DNA of 55,698 nucleotides from Candidatus Omnitrophota bacterium (GCA_023818645.1 JAMWCJ010000003.1:1-55698); one strand, 5' to 3'. Shown: positions 22,141 to 32,898, numbered from the stretch's first letter. Notes: generated from the letters alone by a model not told the origin. Translations and numbers: made by a program.

Positions 22141-23070
22141 TTATGGCGTAAATTTACCTGTAGTTTTTAATGAATAAATTGCTCTTACAGCGATAGAGTG
22201 AAAAGAAGTATTCAATAGTTTTTCCCATTGCTTTATTGCAAGGTCAATCTGTCCGTTTTTTTCGTAAGCATGGGCTAAAACATCATCAACAAATTCAGGA
22301 TGGGGGAATTTAATTGCTTTTTCTAAATATCTAACAGAATTAGGATAATCTTTTCCTTTATGATAATAAGTCCATCCAAGTTCAAAATAAAGGTCATATC
22401 TATCTTTGTTATATGTAATACCCTTTTTGAGAAAAGAAACACCATTACTATACCAGTAAAGCATTTCCATTGGAACACTTATAAATTCTTTTACAAGATT
22501 ATACATCTCTTTATTTCCTATTTTTTCTTTAAAATTATCTATTTTAACAAAACAATTATTTATAAAATCTAAATATTCTTTAATCTTTTCGTCTGTCTTA
22601 GCATAATCTCTTGCTAACCCTTCAATTAACTCTTTTATTTCATTTTTCAGTTTAATTATAACTTCTTTCTCTTGTTTATTTTCTAACTTTGACAATATCT
22701 TTTCAATTTGTTCTTCAATAGAATTAGCCCTTGCTCGAACATTAGAAAAAATATTATAAGCCATATGCCAACCACCAACTGCCCAGACAACTATATATGT
22801 TGGCTGGAGCCATGCTATTGCTTCAAGTAAAGGTAACATTTTATAATGTTGACCAGAGTGCCAATAATTTTCTATATTTAGCCATAAAAGATCTGCTGCC
22901 AATCCTTTAAAACCACTTAATATTAAACTACCGGCTATCTGTCCAGGCATCAATAAAATAGAACTTTCAAGATTTTCAATTTGTTTAGAGTAGTCAATAC
23001 TCACTTGTAAAAATCCAATTGGTATTAAAAGCAATATTGCAATAAATAATCTTACCCAATTTCTTTTCAT
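22141..23070 (-). CDS. Membrane-anchored protein with C-terminal TPR-like repeats
   Basis: N-terminal TM segments, a central coiled coil and TPR-like YFELGWTYYHKGKDYPNSVRYLEKAI. It is translationally coupled to the ABC-2 permease gene. Confidence 0.4.
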   Translation of the reverse strand: MKRNWVRLFIAILLLIPIGFLQVSIDYSKQIENLESSILLMPGQIAGSLILSGFKGLAADLLWLNIENYWHSGQHYKMLPLLEAIAWLQPTYIVVWAVGGWHMAYNIFSNVRARANSIEEQIEKILSKLENKQEKEVIIKLKNEIKELIEGLARDYAKTDEKIKEYLDFINNCFVKIDNFKEKIGNKEMYNLVKEFISVPMEMLYWYSNGVSFLKKGITYNKDRYDLYFELGWTYYHKGKDYPNSVRYLEKAIKFPHPEFVDDVLAHAYEKNGQIDLAIKQWEKLLNTSFHSIAVRAIYSLKTTGKFTP

Positions 23071-23831
23071 ATTTCCCTCTTTTGAATAAAATAGGAACCT
23101 ATTAAAAGGACAACTGCAAGATATAATATACCATAAATACCGGTTTTAAATATATACTGCCAACTTACATCAATTCCAACAACAACTTTATCTCTTATAT
23201 TAAAATTTTCATAATTTGGAACGACTGTATGAAGAATTTTCCATAAACCTTTTAAAATTACATTTTCTGTCCTATCTGCAAGTTGATTACCATATGAAGT
23301 CAAATGACCAACTATGTATAAGAAAAATGAAAAAATAACATTAAAAGCATCTGAAGCAAAAGTCGCAACAGTAAGAGTAATTGAAGCGATCAGAATAAGT
23401 TCAATAAATATTAATAATAGGGTTTTAAATACTTGTATATCGGGTGGACTTTTTTTAAAAATTAGTAATCCTATGAAAAAAAGAGACATAAGTATAAAAT
23501 TTAAAAGTAAAATTAAAATAGTACCAAAGAATTTTCCAATAAAGAAATTTTGTCTTGTAATTGGTTTTGAAAATAAAGTATAGATGGTCCTTTTTTCAAT
23601 TTCATTTGAAATTGCTGTAAGTGAAATAAAAATTGCAATTAAGGCACCAAAAAATTCTATTCCTGAGAAACTAACATCTTTAATCATTTTTAATTCTTCT
23701 TCTGCTGTCAAAAAAGAAAACGCTTTAGATGCTCCAATTACAACGAGTGCAACAACAAGCAATATATATAAAGTTTTTTTCCTCAAAGATTCTTTAAAAG
23801 TGTTTAATCCAATAAACCATGCTTTTTTCAT
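23067..23831 (-). CDS. ABC-2 type transporter permease
   Basis: 254 aa with about 6 TM segments, directly downstream of and overlapping the ABC ATPase gene. Confidence 0.7.
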   Translation of the reverse strand: MKKAWFIGLNTFKESLRKKTLYILLVVALVVIGASKAFSFLTAEEELKMIKDVSFSGIEFFGALIAIFISLTAISNEIEKRTIYTLFSKPITRQNFFIGKFFGTILILLLNFILMSLFFIGLLIFKKSPPDIQVFKTLLLIFIELILIASITLTVATFASDAFNVIFSFFLYIVGHLTSYGNQLADRTENVILKGLWKILHTVVPNYENFNIRDKVVVGIDVSWQYIFKTGIYGILYLAVVLLIGSYFIQKREI

Positions 23832-24583
23832 TTTTTTTCTCCTTTTCGGTCAAATTCTTGTATAGTTTTTACGAATAGATCTTCAAGTCCATCAGCATTA
23901 TATTTTTTTATCAATTCATCAAGTCCTCCTGTTGTAAGCAAATATCCTCTATGAAATATTGCAATTCTATCACAGACCCTTTCAACTTCTGAAAGGAAAT
24001 GGCTTGATAAAAGAATTGTTTTTCCTTCCATTTTTAATTGTATTAATAAATCTCTTGTTTCAATACATCCAATAGGGTCAAGACCAGTTGTTGGTTCATC
24101 AAGAATTAAAATTTTAGGGTCGTTTATTAAACTTGCTGCAAGACCAATTCTTTCAAGCATACCCTTAGAATAATGTCTTAAAGCAAGTTTTTTAACTTCA
24201 TGAAGTTTGACAAGGTATAACAGTTTTTCAATCCTTTCATTTACAGTTTTATCAGGGATTTCAAAAAGTTTTCCATAAAATTTTAGAAGTTCAGGACCGG
24301 TAAGATAATCATAATAATAGGGATTTTCAGGTAAAAAACCAACATTTTTCTTCATCTCTATATCAAATTGGTTTTTTCCAAGTATGCTTATTTCTCCAGA
24401 AGTAGGATATAAAATTCCAAGCAAAAGTTTTAAACATGTTGTTTTGCCAGAACCATTGGGACCAAGAATTCCATAAATTTCTCCCTCTTCTACACTAAAA
24501 GAAACATTTTCAAGACCTATAACTACCTTTTTTCTTCCAATATAATAATATTTTGTCAATTCCTTTATCTCTATTACATTCAT
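23828..24583 (-). CDS. ABC transporter ATP-binding protein
   Basis: Walker A GPNGSGKTT, signature YSKGMLERIGLA and Walker B ILILDEP. Confidence 0.9.
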   Translation of the reverse strand: MNVIEIKELTKYYYIGRKKVVIGLENVSFSVEEGEIYGILGPNGSGKTTCLKLLLGILYPTSGEISILGKNQFDIEMKKNVGFLPENPYYYDYLTGPELLKFYGKLFEIPDKTVNERIEKLLYLVKLHEVKKLALRHYSKGMLERIGLAASLINDPKILILDEPTTGLDPIGCIETRDLLIQLKMEGKTILLSSHFLSEVERVCDRIAIFHRGYLLTTGGLDELIKKYNADGLEDLFVKTIQEFDRKGEKK

Positions 24584-24625
24584 TTTGCCTCCTTATAAAA
24601 ATAATATTATATCATTAAAAATAAA

Positions 24626-25411
24626 TTACAAAAAATCAGAATAAATTTTATCAAAGATGTAAAGTAATAATTTCCCTTTTTCTCTCAGTTGCAGAGTGTC
24701 CTTTTTTAATTTATTGTATATATTTTTTAATTTTAACCTTAATTTTTCTATATCCCCTTCCCTATCTTCTATATCATCTCTTATTTGAAAAGCAATCCCA
24801 AAATTTTTTGCTATTTTCTCTACTAATTTCTTTTTTTCTACCTCTATATTTTTAAAATAAAATGGAACTTTAAAACAGATTTCAAAAAGTTTTCCTGTTT
24901 TTAAATAATCAATTTTTCTTTTTTCTTTTTCAGGAATTTTTTGTCCTTTGTAAATTAAATCAAGAGTTTGCCCTCCTGCCATCCCTTCATAGCCAATTGC
25001 TTTCGCAATATCTTTTAATAATAAAGAATTTCCACTTTCTGCAATAAGTTGAAACCCATATGCTAAAAGAGTATCTCCAACAAGAATAGCAATTCCCTCA
25101 CCAAATTTTTTATGGCATGTGGGTAGTCCCCTTCTAAAATCATCGTTATCCATAGAAGGAAGGTCGTCATGAACAAGTGAAAAATTGTGTATAAGTTCTA
25201 TCCCACTTGCAACAGGTAAAATTTTTTTTCTTTCAATCTCAAAAATATCACTTACACATAAAACCAAAATAGGTCTTAATCTTTTACCTTCAGAAAAAAC
25301 AACATATCTTATCGCCTCACATAGAATTTCGGGAGATCCTTTTTTACCAGGTAATTTTTTATCTAAATAATCTTCTATTTCTTTTTTCCAAATTTTAATT
25401 TTATCTTCCAT
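24626..25411 (-). CDS. Short-chain polyprenyl diphosphate synthase (FPP/GGPP synthase family)
   Basis: First Asp-rich motif LVHDDLPSMDNDDFRRG and second motif FQIRDDIED. Confidence 0.85.
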   Translation of the reverse strand: MEDKIKIWKKEIEDYLDKKLPGKKGSPEILCEAIRYVVFSEGKRLRPILVLCVSDIFEIERKKILPVASGIELIHNFSLVHDDLPSMDNDDFRRGLPTCHKKFGEGIAILVGDTLLAYGFQLIAESGNSLLLKDIAKAIGYEGMAGGQTLDLIYKGQKIPEKEKRKIDYLKTGKLFEICFKVPFYFKNIEVEKKKLVEKIAKNFGIAFQIRDDIEDREGDIEKLRLKLKNIYNKLKKDTLQLREKGKLLLYIFDKIYSDFL

Positions 25412-26504
25412 ATATATAAATTTTTTTCACTCTTTTACTGCCAAAACCACATAATATTTCTTGTGGAACAGTATTACATATTTCTGCCATAGTTTCAATT
25501 TCAAAATTGTCTCCAAAAATTTCTATTATATCTCCAATTTTAACATTTTTTCCAGTAACATCTATAAGTGTCTGATCCATACAAATGTTTCCAATAATCT
25601 TAACTTTTTTTCCATTCAATTTTAACCAGAACTTATTAGAAAGGTCTCTCCTTAAACCATCGCCATATCCAATGTTACAGGTTGCTACTTTTGTTTTTCT
25701 TTTAGTAATGAAAGAGAGACCGTAACTTAAAGGTGTTGACTTTTCAACATTTTTAATAAAAGCAATTCTTGTAAAACCTTTTATAGCACAATCAAATTTA
25801 ACCTTATTAGCAAGGTATTTTGCAGGATAAACTCCTAAGAGTAAAAGGCCAACCCTAACCATATCAAAATTCTGATAACTTTCAGGTAAGTTTAAAACTC
25901 CACCCGAATTTGCTATATGTTTAATCGGAATTTTGACTAAGTTTTCAACTTTATTGACTATTTTTTTAAAGGTATTCAATTGATATTTTGCATATGTTTT
26001 ATCTTTTGATTCAGAGGTTGCAAAATGCGAAAAGAGACCTTCAATTTCTATCCCTTTAAATTTTATAATTTTTTCAATAAATGGAATAATCTCTTTCTCC
26101 CTAAAACCAATCCTGCCAAGACCTGTATCAACTTTTATATGAACAATTGCTTTTTTTTGAAATTTTGTAGAAACTTTTTTTATTTTTTGAAAAATTTCAT
26201 CATTACATAAAGTTATTCTTATGTTATTTAAAATACATTGTTCAACATTTTCTGGTAAAATACTCCCCATTATAAGGATAGGTTTTTTAAGATTTAATTT
26301 TTTTAATTCCAATGCTTCATCAAGACATGCAACACCATAAAAATCAACCAGGTCATCTATCTTTTCTGCGACATTTTCTATCCCCATTCCATAAAGATTG
26401 CACTTAACACTTGCAAGGATTTTTTTCCCTGTTAAATTTTTAACTTTTAAAATATTTCTTCTTATTTTTTCAACATCTACTTCAATCCATGTTCTTGTTT
26501 CCAT
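25401..26504 (-). CDS. alr: Alanine racemase
   Basis: PLP-Lys motif ASVKCNLYGMG, with HFATSE and ICMDQ motifs. Confidence 0.85.
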   Translation of the reverse strand: METRTWIEVDVEKIRRNILKVKNLTGKKILASVKCNLYGMGIENVAEKIDDLVDFYGVACLDEALELKKLNLKKPILIMGSILPENVEQCILNNIRITLCNDEIFQKIKKVSTKFQKKAIVHIKVDTGLGRIGFREKEIIPFIEKIIKFKGIEIEGLFSHFATSESKDKTYAKYQLNTFKKIVNKVENLVKIPIKHIANSGGVLNLPESYQNFDMVRVGLLLLGVYPAKYLANKVKFDCAIKGFTRIAFIKNVEKSTPLSYGLSFITKRKTKVATCNIGYGDGLRRDLSNKFWLKLNGKKVKIIGNICMDQTLIDVTGKNVKIGDIIEIFGDNFEIETMAEICNTVPQEILCGFGSKRVKKIYIYGR

Positions 26505-27186
26505 TTTTAATTTTACTTAATATCTTTTCTACAATCTTTTCAGGTTCTTTATTTTCATAAATAGGTCTGCCTACAACTATAAAATCAGCTCCTTTCTTTA
26601 TCGCCTGTTCTGGTGTTGTAATTCTTTTCTGATCATCTTTTTTATTTTTTTCATCTATTCTTACTCCGGGTACAATTATTAAAAAAGGAGATTTATATTT
26701 TGTTCTAATCATTTCTAACTCTTGACCTGAACAAACGACACCATCTATTCCCCATTTATAACCATAATTTACAAGTTTTTCTACAAGTTTATCTATTTTT
26801 ATGTTTAGAAAATCAATTTCCTTTTCTACAAGTGATGTTAAAACAGTCACTCCAATTATTTTTGTTTCACTTTTTAATTTTTGTTTTACTTCAACTATAC
26901 TTTTTATTACCTGTTCTCCTGACATTAGGTGTACTGTAAACATATCAACTTCTTTTTCAATTAAAATTTTTGATGCATTTTTTACAGTGTTAGGTATATC
27001 AAAGAATTTAAAATCCAGAAAAATTTTTTTACCTTCTTTTTTTAATTTTTTTATAAGTTCGTCTCCACAGGTAAAATAAGAAATAATTCCTACTTTATAA
27101 AAATCAACTTTATTTCCTAATCTTTTAATTAATTCATAAATTCTTTTTTTATCATCTAAATCAAGTGCTACTATTAGTTTTCCCAT
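26482..27186 (-). CDS. pyrF: Orotidine 5'-phosphate decarboxylase
   Basis: LIVALDL...FLDFKFFDIPNTV...VHLMSG...VVGRPI matches the family pattern. Confidence 0.9.
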   Translation of the reverse strand: MGKLIVALDLDDKKRIYELIKRLGNKVDFYKVGIISYFTCGDELIKKLKKEGKKIFLDFKFFDIPNTVKNASKILIEKEVDMFTVHLMSGEQVIKSIVEVKQKLKSETKIIGVTVLTSLVEKEIDFLNIKIDKLVEKLVNYGYKWGIDGVVCSGQELEMIRTKYKSPFLIIVPGVRIDEKNKKDDQKRITTPEQAIKKGADFIVVGRPIYENKEPEKIVEKILSKIKNGNKNMD

Positions 27187-28247
27187 TTTCTTCCAAAAAA
27201 TTCAAGTATTGCAACGATTACAAGAATTAAAATAACTTCAAATAAGACCTCAATTCCTCCATAAACATTAAGATTTTTTAGAATTAAAGCATTTATACCT
27301 GTTGTAAGTGTTAAAAGATAGATAAATAAGATGGCTTGTTTTTGAGTCATACCTATTGAAACAAGCCGATGAGAAAGATGATTTTTATCTGCCTGAAATA
27401 TTGGGTATCCTCTTTTTTTTCTTATGACAATGACAGAGATTGTATCAAAAAATGGGACAGAGAAGACAATTAAGGGGATAAAGACTGGTAGAAAAGTTTT
27501 GCTTTCTTCATATTTATAATATGTTAATAGAATTGAAGTTATTCCAAGAAAATATCCTAAAAAACTACTTCCAGATTCACCCATAAATATTTTTGCTGGA
27601 GGGAAATTGTAAAAAAGGAAACCACAGGTACTCCCCAGGAAAACAGATAAAATTGTAGCAATAAATAATTGCTTCATTTCAAAAGCAAAAATAAATAAAA
27701 TAATTCCTGTAATAATTGCAACACCTGCGGAAAGTCCATCCATATTATCTAAAAGATTAAAAGAGTTCATCATAAGGATAATCCATAGACAGGTAATTAG
27801 ATAAGAAAGAAAGGTATTAGAGATAAAAAAAGTGATTCTTATTCCAGATAAAAAAATAATTGTGCCTGTGATAAACTGAAAAAACAACTTTTGAAGTGCT
27901 TTAAGTTCATAAACATCATCTATTAATCCAAAAAAAATTACTATAATACCACATAAAATTATACTTAATAATTTAGGTAAAACATAGTAAATCCCTGAAA
28001 TATATTTTTTTATAAATTCTGGCACAAGATTATAATTCACAAATAAAATACCTATTACAACAACAAGAAAGAAAGAGCAGAATATTCCAAGTCCTCCAAA
28101 AAGAGGAGTTGGTTTTTTATGTATCTTTCTTTCCGAAGGGATGGCTAAAATTCCTACCTTTTTAGCAAGTTTACCAAATAAAAAGGTCAAAAATAAAGAC
28201 ATGAAAAAAGATATAAAAAAAAGTATTAAATAAAGATATTCCCACAT
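27174..28247 (-). CDS. MraY/WecA-family polyprenyl-phosphate sugar-1-phosphate transferase
   Basis: 10-11 TM segments with GLIDDVYELKA and NLLDNMDGLSAG motifs. Confidence 0.85.
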   Translation of the reverse strand: MWEYLYLILFFISFFMSLFLTFLFGKLAKKVGILAIPSERKIHKKPTPLFGGLGIFCSFFLVVVIGILFVNYNLVPEFIKKYISGIYYVLPKLLSIILCGIIVIFFGLIDDVYELKALQKLFFQFITGTIIFLSGIRITFFISNTFLSYLITCLWIILMMNSFNLLDNMDGLSAGVAIITGIILFIFAFEMKQLFIATILSVFLGSTCGFLFYNFPPAKIFMGESGSSFLGYFLGITSILLTYYKYEESKTFLPVFIPLIVFSVPFFDTISVIVIRKKRGYPIFQADKNHLSHRLVSIGMTQKQAILFIYLLTLTTGINALILKNLNVYGGIEVLFEVILILVIVAILEFFGRKWEN

Positions 28248-28359
28248 TTTAAAAACCTTTTTACTTTAATTCTATTTTATTTTAGCATTAAAGTCAAACG
28301 AAAAAATTAAAGGTTTTGTAATCTTTCTGAATAACTATTAAAAATTTAAAATAAAAATT

Positions 28360-28842
28360 TTAATCTATTAAATTATTTACACTTTCTCTATATATTTCTT
28401 TTATTTTCTTATTTAATTCAGGATCTATAAAATCAGGAGTTATTTCTAAAAGTGGTTTTAATACAAAGATTCTTTTTCTATATTGAGGATGTGGTATTGT
28501 AATTTTTTTTGTTTTAATTTTTCTTTTCTCATAAAAAATTATATCAAGGTCAATCTCTCTTGCGTCTCCTTTTTTATGAGGAAACTTTCTTCCTATTTTT
28601 TTTTCAATATCTTTCAATCTTTCTAAAAGTTGTTCAGGAGATAAGTTTGTTTCAACTTCTATTGCACCGTTCAAGAAAAAACCGCCTTTTGCATTAACTG
28701 GAGGGTTTTCAAAGAAAGAAGATATTTTCTTAATTTTAAAGGATTTCCCAATTTTTTTTAATCCTCTTTTAATGTTTTTTGCTCTATCACCTTTATTACT
28801 TCCGATAGCAATATAAACTCTTTTCATTTTCTTATTATTCAA
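28360..28842 (-). CDS. folK: 6-hydroxymethyl-7,8-dihydropterin pyrophosphokinase
   Basis: VYIAIGSNKGDR, REIDLDII and IPHPQYRKRIFVLKPL motifs. Confidence 0.85.
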   Translation of the reverse strand: MNNKKMKRVYIAIGSNKGDRAKNIKRGLKKIGKSFKIKKISSFFENPPVNAKGGFFLNGAIEVETNLSPEQLLERLKDIEKKIGRKFPHKKGDAREIDLDIIFYEKRKIKTKKITIPHPQYRKRIFVLKPLLEITPDFIDPELNKKIKEIYRESVNNLID

Positions 28843-29857
28843 GGAAAGATTTAAACAAAACAGAAGGGTTTTTATATTTCTTTTTTTGTTTTCTTACAAA
28901 GTTTACTGAAAGAAAAATAGATGATAGTTTTTCATATTCATAATTTTCGTCCATAAATGGGTCAAAAATAAATAGGAATCTAATATCTTCTGAAAGAGTT
29001 AATTGTCTTAATATATTTTTTGATATTGTTTCAAAATTTTTTACCCAGATTGAAGGAGTTTCCTTTGAATTAAGAGCAAAATTAAACCAGTAAAATGATC
29101 TATTTTTTATATTGGGAAATTTGTCTATTTTTTCAATATTGAGAAAGATTCTTAATCCTTCAAGAGTTTCTGAATCTGAAAAATAAAATGTATCTTTTCC
29201 AATTTTATCTGAAAAAACGAGTTTCTCACTAAATTTTCCCATTCCATAAAGATATAAGAAATTTGCGACAGGTTCATTTAAATCAATCCTAATTTTGTTT
29301 ATCGGGTGTAAATTTAGAATTTTAAATGAATTTGTCATAATTGCATTAATCTCTTCAAATTGCTCATTCTTAAATTTAATCTCATCAAAATTTTTATCCC
29401 TTATTTTATTAGGAAAATTATTTTCTAAAAGAGGCAAATCTTTAGAAATTTTTAAGATTATATCTTTTTCGTAAACATAAAATTCATTATTTTTATTTCC
29501 CTTTTTGATTTCCTCAATAAGTTTCTGTTTTTCTTTTAGATTTAAACTCACTTCTGTTTCAATTATTTTATTTTCCAAGGCAGATACGAATTTACAAAGA
29601 AAAAAAAGATCGTTTTTTTTGGAGGGGATAGGATATTTTAATGCACGTAAGAAACTATGCCCAGGGAAAAAACTATCAGGTAATAAAAATTTGAAATAAC
29701 TTTTTTCAATTGTTTTATCAAGAAGAAGATAACCCCATCGTCCTTTTTCCATAAATGTTTCAAAATTTTCTTTTTTTGCATATTCAAATAATGTTTTCTG
29801 TCCCCTTTTTTTGAAAAGTTCCAAATATCCATGGAGAGCAAAAAGAACAAGTTTCAT
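28835..29857 (-). CDS. Hypothetical protein, possibly a degenerate cofactor-independent phosphoglycerate mutase (ApgM)-like / alkaline-phosphatase-superfamily homologue
   Basis: HPINKIRIDLNEPVANFLYLYGMGK resembles the ApgM HP.N..R...G...AN..W.WG.G block. The N-terminal metal-binding DG motif is replaced (FALHGY) and the C-terminal His/Asp motifs are unclear. Confidence 0.3.
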   Translation of the reverse strand: MKLVLFALHGYLELFKKRGQKTLFEYAKKENFETFMEKGRWGYLLLDKTIEKSYFKFLLPDSFFPGHSFLRALKYPIPSKKNDLFFLCKFVSALENKIIETEVSLNLKEKQKLIEEIKKGNKNNEFYVYEKDIILKISKDLPLLENNFPNKIRDKNFDEIKFKNEQFEEINAIMTNSFKILNLHPINKIRIDLNEPVANFLYLYGMGKFSEKLVFSDKIGKDTFYFSDSETLEGLRIFLNIEKIDKFPNIKNRSFYWFNFALNSKETPSIWVKNFETISKNILRQLTLSEDIRFLFIFDPFMDENYEYEKLSSIFLSVNFVRKQKKKYKNPSVLFKSFLE

Positions 29858-29866
29858 ATCTGTTAT

Positions 29867-31165
29867 TTATTCTATATATTTAAAAATTTTTTCTATATTT
29901 TTTAAAAACTGATGTATATCAAAAATTTTGTTAAGTTCATCCTCTTTAATATACTTTTTTATAGAATCATCTTTTTTAATAAGTTCACAGAAATCAACCT
30001 TCTTTTTCATTGCTTCAAAGGATATTTTTTGTATTTTTTCATATGCATCTTTTCTTGACCAACCTTTTAAAACAAGAAAATTCAGTAATTTTTGTGAAAA
30101 ATAGACATTATTTAAAATTTTCATATTCTTCTCTATATTTTCTATATTTATTTCCATACCATCAATAATCTTTGTGAGTAAGTTTAATATATAATCAAGA
30201 AGAATTGTTGATTCAGGTAATATTAATCTTTCAGCAGAAGAATGGCTTATATCCCTCTCATGCCATAAAGCAACATTTTCTAAGGCAACATTTACATTTT
30301 TCTTTATAATTCTTGAAAGGCCACAGATTCTCTCACATAAAATAGGATTTCTTTTATGAGGCATTGCAGAAGAACCCTTTTGTTTTTTCCCAAATGGTTC
30401 AAAAACTTCCGATATTTCTGTTTGTTGTAAAAGTCGGAATTGTAAAGCAATTTTTTCACATGAACAGGCAATAATTCCAAGGACAGTTATAAAATAAGCA
30501 TATCTATCTCTTGAAATTATTTGAGTTGAAAACTTTTCCCTTTTTAAATTAAATTTATTACATACATATTCTTCAATTTCTGGTTCTATATTTGAAAAGG
30601 TTCCAACAGCACCTGATATTTTACCCACACTTATTTCATTAATTGCCCTTTCAATCCTTTCTTTATTTCTTAAAAATTCAAAATACCATGTTCCAATTTT
30701 AAAACCCAATGTTATTGGTTCTGCATGAATTCCATGTGTTCTTCCAATTATTAAAATGTCTTTATATTGAATGGCTTTCTTTTTTAAAACTTCAAGTAAA
30801 TTTTTTATATCATCCAAAATTATATTTCCTGCCTCTCTTAAAATTAATGCAAAGGAAGTATCAATAATATCAGAAGATGTAAGTCCTAAATGAATATATT
30901 TCCCTTCATCCCCTACAGTTTCACTAATTTGTTCAATAAAAGCAATAACATCATGATTTGTAATTTTTTCAATTTCATTTATTCTCTCAATGTTAATCTT
31001 TGCTTTTTCTTTAACTTTTTCTACAATATCATATGGTATAACCCCAATTTTACTCCATCCTTCCAGAACAGCTATTTCTAGTTCAAGATATTTTTTAAAT
31101 TTATTTTCATCAGTCCAAACTTCTTCCATTTCCTTTCTTGTATATCTTGGTATCATATTTTTCAC
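29867..31165 (-). CDS. purB: Adenylosuccinate lyase
   Basis: RYTRKEM N-terminus, GLTSSDIIDT and the fumarate-lyase signature GSSAMPHKRNP. Confidence 0.95.
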   Translation of the reverse strand: MKNMIPRYTRKEMEEVWTDENKFKKYLELEIAVLEGWSKIGVIPYDIVEKVKEKAKINIERINEIEKITNHDVIAFIEQISETVGDEGKYIHLGLTSSDIIDTSFALILREAGNIILDDIKNLLEVLKKKAIQYKDILIIGRTHGIHAEPITLGFKIGTWYFEFLRNKERIERAINEISVGKISGAVGTFSNIEPEIEEYVCNKFNLKREKFSTQIISRDRYAYFITVLGIIACSCEKIALQFRLLQQTEISEVFEPFGKKQKGSSAMPHKRNPILCERICGLSRIIKKNVNVALENVALWHERDISHSSAERLILPESTILLDYILNLLTKIIDGMEINIENIEKNMKILNNVYFSQKLLNFLVLKGWSRKDAYEKIQKISFEAMKKKVDFCELIKKDDSIKKYIKEDELNKIFDIHQFLKNIEKIFKYIE

Positions 31166-31214
31166 CTCCTGAAAAATTATATATTATTGATGTTTAACTT
31201 GCAAGATAACTTTA

Positions 31215-31958
31215 TTAAGGAATAAGGAAAAATTTAAAGACAAGATAGAGTATGAATAAAAATAACATTAATGAGAAATATAAAGGTAAAAATTTGATTA
31301 TAATGAAGATTAACAAGACAATAATTGGTAGAATTAAAAGAAAAATAATATATTTTTTTGTTTCTTTTATGTCTTGCGCAATAGATTTTATAACATCTTT
31401 TTCTTCACCGCAATTTTTACATCTTTGTTGTTCTTGTGCATTTTCTTCTCCACAATTTCTACAAATCCATATAACTCCTTCTTTTCTTCTATTTTCTTTC
31501 TCTGATACTAATATTTTATGCCTGATTAAAGGTAAATCTTTAATTCTATACGCAGTTTTATAAAATTGAAGTGCCTGTGAATATTCTTCTTTTTTAAAAT
31601 AAATATCCCCAAGTTCAATATATGCTTTATAATTGTTTGGTTGTTGAGATATTATGTCTTTTAGTTCATTGATTCTTCTAATTTCTGATTTCTCTGTTAT
31701 TTTTTTTTCTTTTTTCTCTTGTAAAAAATGAATGAAAATATATCCGGAAAGAGGGATAAATATTGAAATGAGAGAAATTTTTAATATAGTTAACATAATA
31801 CTTATAATAAAAAGGAGAGAAAAAATTGTCATTTCCTGATATGATATATCTTTCTCTATCCATTTTTCAAAAACGATAAAATAAAACTCTATTCCAAGAA
31901 TTATAAGAATAAATCCGAGTTTTAAACCTAAAAAATATCCTGAACCCCAATTAATCAT
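31215..31958 (-). CDS. Polytopic membrane protein with a cytoplasmic TPR unit and a CxxC..CxxC zinc ribbon
   Basis: TM clusters at both ends. The central part has NYKAYIELGDIYFKKEEYSQALQFYKTAY (TPR) and CRNCGEENAQEQQRCKNCG. Confidence 0.4.
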   Translation of the reverse strand: MINWGSGYFLGLKLGFILIILGIEFYFIVFEKWIEKDISYQEMTIFSLLFIISIMLTILKISLISIFIPLSGYIFIHFLQEKKEKKITEKSEIRRINELKDIISQQPNNYKAYIELGDIYFKKEEYSQALQFYKTAYRIKDLPLIRHKILVSEKENRRKEGVIWICRNCGEENAQEQQRCKNCGEEKDVIKSIAQDIKETKKYIIFLLILPIIVLLIFIIIKFLPLYFSLMLFLFILYLVFKFFLIP

Positions 31959-32874
31959 TTCTATATACTTTTAGTATTTTTTCAATTACTTCCTGTTCAT
32001 CTGAAAAGTTTATAAATATTCCTTTTTCTTTTTTAAACCATATAATTTGTTTTCTCGCATATTCCTTCGTTCTTTTTATGATTAATTTTTTTAATTCTTC
32101 AAAGTCAAATTTATTATTTAAAAATTCAAGTATTTCATTATATCCAATAGGTGCTTTTATATTTAAATATTTTTCAAAACTTTCTTCTTTTAATTTCTTA
32201 ACTTCTTCAATCCACCCATTTTTAAACATCTTTTCTATTCTTTTTTCTATTCGTTGATAAATTTCTTTTCTATCCCTCATTAAAATAAAATACATTATAT
32301 TGCCTATCTCTTTTAATGTTTTTTCGGGTTTTTGAGTTCTCCAGTAACTCATATTTTTTCCTGTCATGTCATAGATTTCAATTATTCTTTTAATTCTATA
32401 TCTGTCATTTGGATGTATTTTTTCTGCACAGACCGGGTCAATTTCTTTTAATCTTTGATAAAGATTTTCGGTAGTTTCTTTTTCAAGTTTTTCCCTTATT
32501 TCTTTTTGTTTAATTTTTAACTCAGGTGATAAGTTAAATAAACCATTAATTAGAACTCTAATATAAAAACCGCTACCTCCAACAATTATTGGTATTTTCC
32601 CTTTTGAAATTATTTCCTTAACCTTTTCAAAAACCATGTTTGAATATTGATAAACATCAAAATCTTCTTTTAATGAAAGAAAGTCAATAAAATAATGTGG
32701 GATTTTTTCTCTCATTGATAAAGAAGGTTTGTCGGTTCCAATATTTATTTCTTTGTAAAACTGTCTGCTATCGCAGGATATAATTTCTCCATCTATTTTT
32801 TCGGCAAGTTTAAAAGATATTATTGTTTTACCAGAAGCAGTAGGTCCTCCAATTATGAGTATTTTATTACTCAT
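31951..32874 (-). CDS. miaA: tRNA dimethylallyltransferase
   Basis: IIGGPTASGKT P-loop, ISCDSRQFYKEINIGTDKP and GGSGFY motifs. Confidence 0.9.
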   Translation of the reverse strand: MSNKILIIGGPTASGKTIISFKLAEKIDGEIISCDSRQFYKEINIGTDKPSLSMREKIPHYFIDFLSLKEDFDVYQYSNMVFEKVKEIISKGKIPIIVGGSGFYIRVLINGLFNLSPELKIKQKEIREKLEKETTENLYQRLKEIDPVCAEKIHPNDRYRIKRIIEIYDMTGKNMSYWRTQKPEKTLKEIGNIMYFILMRDRKEIYQRIEKRIEKMFKNGWIEEVKKLKEESFEKYLNIKAPIGYNEILEFLNNKFDFEELKKLIIKRTKEYARKQIIWFKKEKGIFINFSDEQEVIEKILKVYRND

Positions 32875-32898
32875 TAAAGATGTTTAAAATAAAGATGT

